Source: Nitrospinota bacterium
GTDB lineage: Bacteria > UBA8248
Direction: 5' to 3'
Length of the DNA stretch: 17,031 bases
NCBI GenBank assembly: GCA_030754595.1
Contig: JASLZZ010000018.1
Span: forward strand, 1 to 17,031
The translations under genes were made by a program, and so were the position numbers. The notes below the pieces were generated by a model. That model worked only from the letters and a program-made list of their open reading frames with translations, made no database searches and was not told the DNA's origin. Below are positions 8,638 to 17,031 of this stretch, piece after piece (position 1 is the first letter of the stretch; every line of letters begins with the position of its first letter).

Positions 8638-9213
8638 GTGAAAATCCTCGTCGCCGGAGCCAACGGGAACACGGGTTTTCGGCTGGTGCGGCTGTTGTCC
8701 GGGGCGAGCAAGGACACGCGCGCCATGATCAGGGACCCGGCCCAGGCCGGGCGGATGGAGGGAGCCGGGGCCGAGGTGATCACAGCCGACCTCGAGGGCG
8801 ATGCCGGGAACAACATCGCCCGGGCCGTCGAGGGCTGCGGAGCGGTCATGTTCGCGGCGGGCGGGGGCCGGGGGAGCGGCCCCGAAAAAAAGGAGAGCGT
8901 CGATCACATGGGCGCGGTCAGGCTCATCGAGGCGGCCGAGGCGGCGGGCGCCCGGCGGTTCGTCCTCCTCAGCTCGATCCGGGTCGATTATCCGGCGAAC
9001 TGGCCCGAACACTTGAGGGCCTACCTCGTCGCCAAGGAAAAATCCGACCGCCGGCTCCTCGCCAGCGATCTCGACTACACCATCGTGCGGCCCGGCCGCT
9101 TGACGGACGATCCCGGCGGTGGACACGTCGCCGCGGCGCGGAGCGATGCCGCGGGGCGGAGCCATGAAGGCCGGGGCGGCGAGATCGCCCGCGACGACGT
9201 GGCGGCGATATGA
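8638..9213 (+). CDS. Atypical SDR, NAD(P)H-binding (NAD_binding_10/YhfK-like), probably C-terminally truncated
   Basis: ILVAGANGNTG Rossmann motif, FAAGGG, YLVAK, DYTIVRPGRLTD; ends right after GEIARDDVAAI, where family members normally continue. Confidence 0.85.
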   Translation: MKILVAGANGNTGFRLVRLLSGASKDTRAMIRDPAQAGRMEGAGAEVITADLEGDAGNNIARAVEGCGAVMFAAGGGRGSGPEKKESVDHMGAVRLIEAAEAAGARRFVLLSSIRVDYPANWPEHLRAYLVAKEKSDRRLLASDLDYTIVRPGRLTDDPGGGHVAAARSDAAGRSHEGRGGEIARDDVAAI

Positions 9214-9635
9214 AAAAGAGCGCGGCGGCATTCATGGGCCAGATACTTCTGGTGTGGCTCGCCGCCGCGAGCTTCGCGGCGGCCTTGATCGCGCAGGCCC
9301 CCTTCGCCCCCTCCACCGGGGCGCAACCCTCCAGCGGACAGCAAACCACCTCTTCCCCCGCCGGAGAGAGCGGCGGGCAGAAACCGCCCGCCCCTGAAGG
9401 GCCCGGGCCGGAAGGCCGCTGGGTGCCCGGCCATCACTTCAGCATCAGCCAGGGCTGCCTCAAGAAATGGATATGCGACTGTTCAATGGTCGAGCCCCCG
9501 CGCGGCGCGCGGATCGAGCGGACCCCCTCAGAGTCGATCGCGGGCATCTGCCGGCCCGGCGCGCGCGGTTCGTGCACCGTGTGCACCGCCGGGGAGCCCG
9601 AAAAAAAATGCGCGTGTAAAACGAAAACCCGGTAG
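9210..9635 (+). CDS. Secreted hypothetical protein with Pro/Ser linker and 8-Cys C-terminal domain
   Basis: Signal-peptide-like N-terminus, ATGA overlap with the upstream stop, 8 Cys in the last ~60 aa. Confidence 0.6.
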   Translation: MKKSAAAFMGQILLVWLAAASFAAALIAQAPFAPSTGAQPSSGQQTTSSPAGESGGQKPPAPEGPGPEGRWVPGHHFSISQGCLKKWICDCSMVEPPRGARIERTPSESIAGICRPGARGSCTVCTAGEPEKKCACKTKTR

Positions 9636-9639
9636 GCCT

Positions 9640-10536
9640 CTACTCCGGTGCCTCGGCCGCGCCGAGAAGTACGCTCACCGCCGCCATGTCGAGGCCGCCG
9701 AGTCCGTCCCGCGACGCCATCCGGAATATCTGGTTCGCCGCCGCCCCGGTGGGGCACGGCAGCCCGAGCGCCATCAGCGAGGAGACGGCGAGCGACAAGT
9801 CCTTGAGCATCAGGTCAACCGTGAAACCCGCCTCGAAGCCCCGGTCCGCCGGGGAGCCCTCGACCAGCCCCGGGCAGGGCGGGTCCTTTTCCACCACCCA
9901 GCCGCCGCCGCTGCTCGTGCGGATGACCTCGTGGAGGATCTTCGGGTCCACCCCCGAAGCCTTGCCCATCGCGAAGGCCTCGGCCGCCGCCACCATCGTC
10001 ACCCCGACGATCAGGTTGTTGCAGAGCTTGGCCACCTGGCCCGCGCCGTGGTCCCCGACGCGGATGATGTTTTTCCCGATCTTCTCGAGGATGGGCCGCG
10101 CCCGCTCGAAGGCCTCCTCCGGCGCGCCCACCATGATCGTCAGGCTCGCCGCCTCGGCGCCCGACACCCCGCCCGAGACCGGTGCGTCGATCGCCACCGC
10201 TCCTCGGGCAGCCGCCGCCTCGGCCACCCGCCGGCTCGTCTCGGGCGCCACCGTCGAAAGGTCGATGAAAAGCTGCCCTTCGCTCGAGGCGTCGATGAGG
10301 CCGCCCTCGCCGAGATAGACCTCCTCCACCTCCGCGCCCGCCGGCAGCGAGGTCAGCACCGCCTCCGATGTCGCCGCCAGCTCGGCGGGCCCAGCCGCCC
10401 CGGCCGCCCCCGCCTCCACCGCGCGCGCCACCGCCCCGGCGCTCTTGTCCACCACTGAGACCTCGTGGCCCGCCCTCACCAGATGGGGCGCCATCCGGCC
10501 GCCCATCGCCCCCACGCCCACGAAACCGAGACGCAT
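9640..10536 (-). CDS. NAD-dependent beta-hydroxyacid dehydrogenase (3-hydroxyisobutyrate dehydrogenase/MmsB-like)
   Basis: GFVGVGAMG, DLSTV, DAPVSGG, GAGQVAKLCNN, FTVDLMLKDL; GGGAGG RBS. Confidence 0.93.
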   Translation of the reverse strand: MRLGFVGVGAMGGRMAPHLVRAGHEVSVVDKSAGAVARAVEAGAAGAAGPAELAATSEAVLTSLPAGAEVEEVYLGEGGLIDASSEGQLFIDLSTVAPETSRRVAEAAAARGAVAIDAPVSGGVSGAEAASLTIMVGAPEEAFERARPILEKIGKNIIRVGDHGAGQVAKLCNNLIVGVTMVAAAEAFAMGKASGVDPKILHEVIRTSSGGGWVVEKDPPCPGLVEGSPADRGFEAGFTVDLMLKDLSLAVSSLMALGLPCPTGAAANQIFRMASRDGLGGLDMAAVSVLLGAAEAPE

Positions 10537-10862
10537 TGCACCACCCTCCCATTAAAGTGGAAAAAAAATTCGTACCAAACCCGCAGGTGACGCGGACCGC
10601 AGGATTCGCGGGCCTGCGGAGGGCATACCCCTGCGGGGGGCATGCGGCCACGCCCACAGGGTTCACGCTCGTTCTGCAAGAGTTCATGCCGCCCTGCAAG
10701 GGCCGCCAGCGGCACACGCTTCCACCGCAGGTGGCGGCGGCGCGCCTCCCCGGGCGGGAAAGAGAAACACCAAAAATTCAGTGATTGTTTAAGGAGGTAT
10801 TTTGCCACAGGAAGGATGGGGTTGGGGGGTGGATTAGGAACCCGCCTCCTTCTTGAAAACCG

Positions 10863-10975
10863 TTATTTACAACCCTCCGGCCGATTATTGACAACCTTTC
10901 CGGCCCCTTTGGCCCGTTATTTACAACCTATCGTCGGTTTATTTACAACCTTTGGGGTGGTTCAGGTTGTAAATA
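10863..10975. repeat. Iteron-like cluster: four direct TTATT(T/G)ACAACC repeats plus one inverted copy
   Basis: Copies start at 10863, 10885, 10917 and 10939; inverted AGGTTGTAAATA at 10964-10975; AT-rich tract follows. Confidence 0.85.
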
Positions 10976-11418
10976 GAAGTATTTTCGATATATATTCGTT
11001 TTTTAGTGAGGTTTTGGGAGGATTTGGAAGGTAACAACTAGCCTCCGCCTGGTCTTTTTGCCACAACCTTGCACATCATGATTTCAATTAGGATACACAA
11101 ATATGTTGCCTGACTTTCCAATACTAAAAACCGGAATTATGCGGCAACGCTCTCCTTTTCGCAAAATACGGCCTTATTTTCCCTGTCGGCGGTACTTCCC
11201 GCCGAGAAGTCCAAAAAGTCCACAAAAAGATACCCTCTTGGGCACCTCTTCCATCCAGATCCACCGTAAATAAAGGGTTTTATCCGTTTTGGGGCGCAAT
11301 GCTCCTTTCTCCTCCTGACTCAACAACGCTTGCACACCCCGTATCAGCCATAGCCGGGCACAGCCCGGTAGTAATGGGCCAGAGGGAAGGCCGTGAATGA
11401 CGGATGTACGGCTTCGCG

Positions 11419-11805
11419 CTACTCCTCGGCGCTCCCGCCGCGCAGGGCGGCGATGCCCTCGTTGGCGCGGCGAAGCTCTGAAAAGACCTCGGCGAATGAC
11501 TTGCGGATGGCCTCGAGCTCTCGGGTGATGTCGTCCCGCCGGGCGTAGCGCAGATGAATCTCGTCGATGCGCCCCACGGCGCGGACGACGCGGCCCCTGA
11601 GCTCGGCCTCGGTGGCTTCGAACTGCCGCCGGAGGGTGGCGCCGACCTGCTCGACCCGGCCCCGGAGCTCGTTGTAGATGATCCGGCCCAGCACCCCGGC
11701 GAGGGTGAGGGCCAGGGCGAGTGCGCCCCAGGAGGCAACGCCCCAAGCGGCGGCGCCCACCCAGGGGGCGGCGCCCTCAAAATCAGGTGTCCAGCCGGAA
11801 AGCAT
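11419..11805 (-). CDS. Phage-like small membrane-anchored coiled-coil protein
   Basis: GGGAG RBS before ATG 11805; one TM helix, then coiled coil with a 'YARRDDI' motif reminiscent of small phage late-region proteins. Confidence 0.6.
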   Translation of the reverse strand: MLSGWTPDFEGAAPWVGAAAWGVASWGALALALTLAGVLGRIIYNELRGRVEQVGATLRRQFEATEAELRGRVVRAVGRIDEIHLRYARRDDITRELEAIRKSFAEVFSELRRANEGIAALRGGSAEE

Positions 11806-11924
11806 TTTTTCTCCCGGTTCGGCCTTGCAGGCCAGCGAGGGCATGACATGCCGGGGCGCGGCCCCAAAAATCATCCCTCAAAAAATCGCCCTTCGAATTT
11901 ACTGGGAAGAGAGGCGCCTTCCCC

Positions 11925-11996
11925 GGAGGGTGGGCTTCCGAATGGGGTGGGCTCATCCCTGGAGGGTGGACTCCCGAATGGGGAGCACTTATCCCT
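11925..11996. repeat. Tandem 36-bp imperfect repeat (30/36 identical), each unit self-complementary
   Basis: GGAGGGTGGGCTTCCGAATGGGGTGGGCTCATCCCT followed by GGAGGGTGGACTCCCGAATGGGGAGCACTTATCCCT. Confidence 0.85.
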
Positions 11997-12008
11997 CCAC
12001 CGCACGAG

Positions 12009-12062
12009 AATGTAGGCGATTCGGGCGGAATCGCCCCCACCGGAAATGCCGGGAACTTCGCG
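12009..12062 (-). promoter_or_regulatory. Shared promoter-like motif, copy 3
   Basis: AATGTAG (12009-12015) and GGAAATGCCGGGAACTTCGCG (12042-12062), 18/21 identical to 544-564. Confidence 0.6.
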
Positions 12063-12222
12063 CTGGCTCCGCCAGCCGTGGTGGGCTCCCAAGCGGGAGC
12101 CTCCGGCCGGTTGGTGGGCTCCCGGCCCGGTGAGTCCCCCGGCGGGGGACTCTCTGGTATCGTGTCCGGAGAATTTTGGAGTGAAGGATTTTGAGAGAAA
12201 ATGGCTGAAAGGCGCGCGGGGC

Positions 12223-12681
12223 ATGACTAAAAAGACGGCGGCGGGTTTTCTGATGGCGGGCGGAGCTGCGCTGCTCGGAGCGGTCCTCCTCTGGACAACG
12301 GCGGCGGCGCACGGCTCGGGCGAGATCGAGATTTTCGCCTACCTGCTCGAGGAGCCGGGCTTTCTCAGGCTGACGGCGGGAATCCTGGGCGCGCTGATTT
12401 TCCTGCTGGGCGCTTTCATCGTCTGGCAGAGCGATCTGGTGTGGGGGGAGATGTCGGCGGCGGAGAAATCAGAAGAGGGGGGGGCGAAAGTCTCGCGGGC
12501 CCGGATGATGGCCCCCGGCGCGGCGTTCGCCCTCACCGGCGCGGCGATCATCCTCGCGGCGATATTCATCCTGCCCGACCGGGTGACTTCCAATGACCAC
12601 CCCGGCGGCGGCCATCAAAGCGGCGGGCCATCACGCGGAGCAAAAGCAAAAAGCGCCCTGACCCCGGAGGCGGGCCGCTAA
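12223..12681 (+). CDS. Hypothetical membrane protein (signal/TM segment plus two TM helices)
   Basis: Three hydrophobic segments and GC3-biased codons; start at ATG 12223 is inferred. Confidence 0.65.
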   Translation: MTKKTAAGFLMAGGAALLGAVLLWTTAAAHGSGEIEIFAYLLEEPGFLRLTAGILGALIFLLGAFIVWQSDLVWGEMSAAEKSEEGGAKVSRARMMAPGAAFALTGAAIILAAIFILPDRVTSNDHPGGGHQSGGPSRGAKAKSALTPEAGR

Positions 12682-13529
12682 TCGCCGTGGATGGCGATCT
12701 CGCGAAGCCCGAAATGACCGCCCGAGTTTTCGAGCAAAAACCCGTTGAAAACGCCGCGCTGCCCCAGGTCCGATGCGCGCAGGAGTTCCTGGCCGTCGAG
12801 CAGGACGCTCATCTCGCCGTTTCGCTCGCGAATCCATTCGATGACGTAGCTTCGCCCTTCCCGCGCCTCCACCGGCTTCTTGTAGGCCGCGATGAGCTTC
12901 TCGCCCCGCCGGGTGGCACTGCGGATCGCCAGGCCGTTCCCCTCTCCCGGCGAGAAGGCCAGGCGGTAGCCGCGATCGCGGCGCCTACCGTCGTAGGACC
13001 CGAAAACGAGGCGGCCCTTCGGCCCCCGGAAGGCGATTTCCATCCTGATGGTGAAGGCGTTCGATATTTTTCGGGGCAGGAAGATCTCGGCCCGATCGGA
13101 AGCGCCCGGGAGGGCGCCCCGGCCCTTTCCGCGAAGGGAGCGCTCCAGAAGCTCTCCGAGGAGGGCGGAGGCGAAATCTCCCTCGGCCTGCTACTCGGCG
13201 GGTGGTGATTCGCCCCGCACTTCCACTATGGAGGTGAGTCCCATCCGCCGGGTGACGTCGAATCGGCCCGAGGCGACCTGCCAGCCCGGAGAGCGGGTGT
13301 AGTCGCCGTCCCGAAAATCGTCGCGGGCGACCTCCCTGCCCGGAGCCCTCCGGTAGCGGCGGAGAATGGCGCGAAGTTCGTCAAGGAACCAGCGATCCGC
13401 GGCGCGGCGGCGCTCGCCCTCTCGAATCAGGGCCCGAAGGCGCCCGGTGAGATCGGCCTCGGCGGCGCGGGCCGGACCGTGGGCGGCCAGTAGGGTGATC
13501 GTTATCAAGACGGCGGCGGTAATGCGCAT
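12678..13529 (-). pseudogene. Secreted hypothetical protein interrupted by one in-frame TAG (13191-13193)
   Basis: ORFs 13191-13535 and 12678-13043 are in the same frame, and the 49 codons between them are open (QAEGDFASALLGELLER...ISNAFTIR). Confidence 0.75.
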
Positions 13530-13622
13530 CGGCACCTCGCTGCGGCGGGTTGTCCAGAAGCGAACCGGCCCTTATAACCCTCTCGCCTCAACTCCCCGGA
13601 GGGAAAACAGGCGCATCCGCTT

Positions 13623-14939
13623 CTAGTACTCGAACACGGTGGGGCCTTCCACCGCCTCGGCCAGCGCGCTGGCGGCGGCGCGGGCGGCGCCGAGGCGCCA
13701 TTCGCGCTCGGCCTCGGGCTCCCGCGAGGGGTCGCCGAAGGGGTGATGGAAGTGGCCGTCCCGGGTGTTGACGATGCGGTTCGCGCCGATGTCGCGCGCG
13801 ACGTTCGGCAGGCAGGTCACCACGACGGTGGGAATTCCCTCCCGCTCGAGAGCTCTGGCCAGCGCAGCCCCGCTGCGCGTGCCCGTCCCTCACGTGGCGG
13901 GGAGAACGGCCCCCGTGACGCCGGCGGCCTTGAGTTCCCCGGCCCAGGCGCGGCCGATCTCGTCCATCGTCTCGAAGGCGCCGCCGTTTCCGCAGGTGCT
14001 CAGAAAATCGTCGTGGAGCGCGGCGATCTCGCCCTCGCTCGCAAGGCGGCGGAAGGCGTCGACGGCGAGCATGCGGTCGGGCTCCTCGTTGACGAAAAGG
14101 GTGTTGAAGCCGCCGTGGATCGAGATGAAGCTGCCGCCCGGCAGGTCGTCTTTTCCGGCGAAGGAGTATTTGGCCCAGGCCCCGTTGCGCGATCCGGCGA
14201 AGCGGTCGGGGTTGTCGGGGGGGACCATGCCGCCCTCGGAGACGACGGCGATGACCGCGCTCTTGAGGTCGGCGACGGGCGCGGGAGGGGATATCTTCTC
14301 CAGCGCGGGGACCTCGAGCTCGGTCTCGTAGGGCTCGCCCTTGATCTTCTTGAGGACGAGATCGACGGCGCGCTGGGAGGTCGGAACCTCGGAAATTTCG
14401 TTGTAGCGGATCCCGCGCGGGAGATAGCCCTCCTCGGCGGCGGCCCCGACGGCCTCGCCCCGGGCGAGCTTGAGGCCGAGGCGGAGGGCGGCCTCGAAGG
14501 CTTCCTCCATCCCCGCGGCGGTTTCGGCGGCGGGGACGGTGTAGACGGTCCGCCCGGCGGCGGCGACGCCCGGATTCTCGGGATGCATCGCGGTGACGGC
14601 GGGAATCCCCGCTTCGGCGGCGGCCCGGCAGAGGGCGGCGCAGGCGAGCCCGTAGCGCCCGGCGTTGAAGGCGGGGCCCGCGACGATCAGGCCGGGGGCG
14701 AAGGCCTTGATCCGCTCCATCGCCTCGGCGGCGCAGCGCTCCTCGTTTTCGGCGAAAAGGCCGTCGCCGCAGTAGACCGTCCCCGCGACCTCGCCCTCCC
14801 CGCCCAGGATTTTATCGATGAGCAGACCGGGGCCCATGGGACCCTCCTTGGAGGAGAGGGGGTGATCGCTCTTCTCCTCGCCGCCGACGCCGGCGAAAAA
14901 CTGGTTGATGTAGTGCACGACCCTGATGTTTCCGCTCAT
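13623..14939 (-). CDS. grdB: Glycine/sarcosine/betaine reductase selenoprotein B (GrdB family), Sec at codon 350
   Basis: VVHYINQFFAGVGGEEK, AGPAFNAGRYG, HGGF. In-frame TGA at 13890-13892 is followed by GTGTRSGAALARALEREGIP...GANRIV...HPFGDP, matching the GrdB C-terminus. Confidence 0.93.
13862..13878 (-). promoter_or_regulatory. SECIS-like hairpin of grdB
   Basis: GCGCAGC-GGG-GCTGCGC beginning 11 nt after the UGA. Confidence 0.65.
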
Positions 14940-15100
14940 GACGCTTCCTCCGCTATTTGCTTTCCGGTTTCCGTGGCCGGGGCCTGAAGCCCCGCCAAAA
15001 CCGGTTGAGTATGATTACAAATCACCTGGAGCCGCCGCGAATCCGATCGAGCCCGGCCCGCCCGAACCAGTCCGAACGAACCAGTCCGAGCTTCCGCGGC

Positions 15101-16378
15101 CTAGTAGGCCTTTCCGATCATGCGGTTCAACTCCATCGCCCATTCGTTGGCATAGTAATCGCTGTCGGCCATCGTTAAGACCTCCTTGGCGTCCGTTTCC
15201 CTGCCGCCGTAGAGATTGACGACCCGCGAGCCGATCACCCGGTCGACGGCCGGGGCCTCGATCCGGTCGCCCTGCATGCCCTTGCTCACGATCGCGTCGG
15301 CCTCGGGGACATGGAAGACGAGCGGGAACTCGCCGGTCCCGGGCCGGCCGACCTCGTAGATGATGGGAACGGCCTTGACGCCCATCTGCTCGAGCGCCTG
15401 GACGGTGAGCCAGTAGTCCACCGTCGAGTTTCCTCCGCCCTCGAAGGAGAGAACGGCGCCGTCGGCGTCGAGGAGCCTGGCGATCTTGGCAACGTAGTGG
15501 GCCGAGCGCTCCTTTAAGGCCTGGTTGTCCCGGTGGCCGCGCGTGATGATCGTCCCCGCGAAGTTCAGATCGACGCCGTGGCGGCGGTAGAGCTCGTAGG
15601 CGAGCGGCATGTTGCAGTGAAGATAGGTGGGCACCTTCTGCTGGGTCTTGTAGTTGGCCCCCACGACGGCGCCGTCGAACATTTCGTTCGGGTGGATGGG
15701 CGTGGGAAGCGAGTCGTCCAGATCCTTGCCGTAGAGGAAGGTCTGGACCATCGACGCCTGGTGCATGACCTGATCGACGAAGACGAGGCGCGGAAGGGCG
15801 GGGTCCACCTCGCCCAGATCGAATACCTCGAGCCGGACGGGCTCGAGCCGCGCCGTGGACTCTGCCAACCTGGAAGCCAGCCGGAGGGTGGCGAGGCGCA
15901 CCGCATCGTCGTGCGCCTCGTTCGAGGCGCCTTCGAGCGGCTCGAACCGCGCGACGAGGTTCACCGTCTCGGAATTCGTGCAATACCTTCTGCCGGGGCC
16001 GATCATGTCGATGATCCCCTCGCGGTAGGTCATGATTCCCGTCATGGGCCCCAGGAACCAGGTCGAGCTGATCACGCACATCCCGGACAGCTTGTGGGTC
16101 CTCCCCTCGCCCGCGGTCTTCGCCGGGCCGAGGAAGCCCGGAAACGCGCACGAGCGCCCGCTGACCTTGTAGAGGGGCTCAACGGCGTCGAGGACATTCG
16201 TGATGCGCACCGAGTCGCCCGGCATGGCGGCGTGGAAGCTAACGTCCTTCACATCGCCTCCCGCCATCGCCACCCGGCGGAGGTCGGCGGCGTCCACCGT
16301 GAGAACCTCGTCCCGGTAGGCGAACCGGTCCCCCAGCACTACCTCCGAGACCGGAAAAATCCCCATTTCCAGGCGCAT
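15101..16378 (-). CDS. grdE: Glycine/sarcosine/betaine reductase component B proprotein (GrdE/GrdG/GrdI family)
   Basis: MRLEMG, PGDSVRI, FPGFLG...GEGRTH.L.G, EGIIDM.GPG, PTPIHPNEMFDGAVV, EGGGN; lies between grdA and grdB. Confidence 0.9.
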   Translation of the reverse strand: MRLEMGIFPVSEVVLGDRFAYRDEVLTVDAADLRRVAMAGGDVKDVSFHAAMPGDSVRITNVLDAVEPLYKVSGRSCAFPGFLGPAKTAGEGRTHKLSGMCVISSTWFLGPMTGIMTYREGIIDMIGPGRRYCTNSETVNLVARFEPLEGASNEAHDDAVRLATLRLASRLAESTARLEPVRLEVFDLGEVDPALPRLVFVDQVMHQASMVQTFLYGKDLDDSLPTPIHPNEMFDGAVVGANYKTQQKVPTYLHCNMPLAYELYRRHGVDLNFAGTIITRGHRDNQALKERSAHYVAKIARLLDADGAVLSFEGGGNSTVDYWLTVQALEQMGVKAVPIIYEVGRPGTGEFPLVFHVPEADAIVSKGMQGDRIEAPAVDRVIGSRVVNLYGGRETDAKEVLTMADSDYYANEWAMELNRMIGKAY

Positions 16379-16398
16379 CCGCTCCGCTCCTCCCTTCC

Positions 16399-16851
16399 TC
16401 AGCTCGCCGCGCGCAACTCGGCCAGATCGCTTTCGATCCGCGGCAGGTCGAGCACCATCTCCATCATCTGGAGCTTTTCGGCGTAAATGTCCTCGGGAAC
16501 ATGGTTCCGCACCCTCTCCTCGAGGATGTGGTACACGGGGAGTCCCAACGAGACTCCCGCCAAGGGCCCGGCCCAGCTGGGGTCCCCGGTCGTCAGCGTT
16601 TCGGCGGCGAGCCGAAGGCCTTCGCCGGGCATCCCAAGAACCACCACCAGATTATCCGCACCGACCTCATCAGCGATTTTCTTGATGGCGGCCTGGTTTT
16701 CCAGGTCCATGGCGCCTGCGGAGGTTCAGACAAAACACTCCGTCTTCTGGAAAACGACCTCCGCTCCCGCCGCCTCCATGCATTCGGCGATGGCCGGGCC
16801 CGGAACACCGTCCCGCTCGCCCAGCGCGATCACCTTTTTCCCTTTAAACAT
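16399..16851 (-). CDS. grdA: Reductase complex selenoprotein A (GrdA), Sec at codon 42
   Basis: [21 protein letters not shown]...[17 protein letters not shown]...[23 protein letters not shown] at 16726-16728; GGAGG RBS. Confidence 0.96.
16685..16710 (-). promoter_or_regulatory. SECIS-like hairpin of grdA
   Basis: ATGGA-CCTGG-AAAA-CCAGG-CCGCCAT, starting 15 nt after the UGA. Confidence 0.6.
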
Positions 16852-17031
16852 CAAAACCCTCCCGAACAATTTCGAATGAAAACAGACTATAGGGAACCTC
16901 TAAAAACCGCTTAACTTCCCCCGATTTTGTGTTATCGCAGCATTTTAGCCACAATTCATACCCATTTTCCATCTTATCCTCGGCCATCGGAACTCCGAAG
17001 AGCCTCCCGATGGCCAATTTTCCTCATGCGC

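Noticed and set aside
10863..10950. CRISPR mini-array
   Set aside because: Repeats of 12 bp with gaps of 10-20 bp are too short.
11925..11996. CRISPR array (36-bp repeats)
   Set aside because: Only two units, directly adjacent with no spacer, and no cas genes.
15063..15089. CGAACCAGTCCGA tandem duplicate between grdE and grdB
   Set aside because: A short two-copy slippage repeat with no further support for function.
13890..16728. grdA and grdB as nonsense pseudogenes
   Set aside because: Both TGAs sit at the known Sec positions and are followed by SECIS-like hairpins.

Overview
GC-rich bacterial chromosomal window. Host genes: a CdaA-type diadenylate cyclase fused to a YbbR/CdaR domain, an LLM-class oxidoreductase, glnK-amtB, an alpha/beta hydrolase, an atypical SDR, a beta-hydroxyacid dehydrogenase, and a grdA-grdE-grdB reductase cluster with two in-frame UGA (Sec) codons and SECIS-like hairpins. 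The most striking signal is three isolated minus-strand phage-like late genes scattered between host genes: a head protease-like fragment (143-433), a GpA-type terminase fragment (~4520-4945) and a membrane/coiled-coil protein (11419-11805). Each is preceded by the same promoter-like motif with identical spacing, which suggests a dispersed, co-regulated, phage-derived (GTA-like) module that is partly decayed. Also notable: a phased iteron-like repeat cluster beside an AT-rich tract (10863-11010), a duplicated pseudoknot/hairpin/terminator RNA candidate (2190-2892), non-canonical GrdB/GrdE active-site motifs, and several truncated genes. Family assignments come from motif recognition only; no database searches were run.
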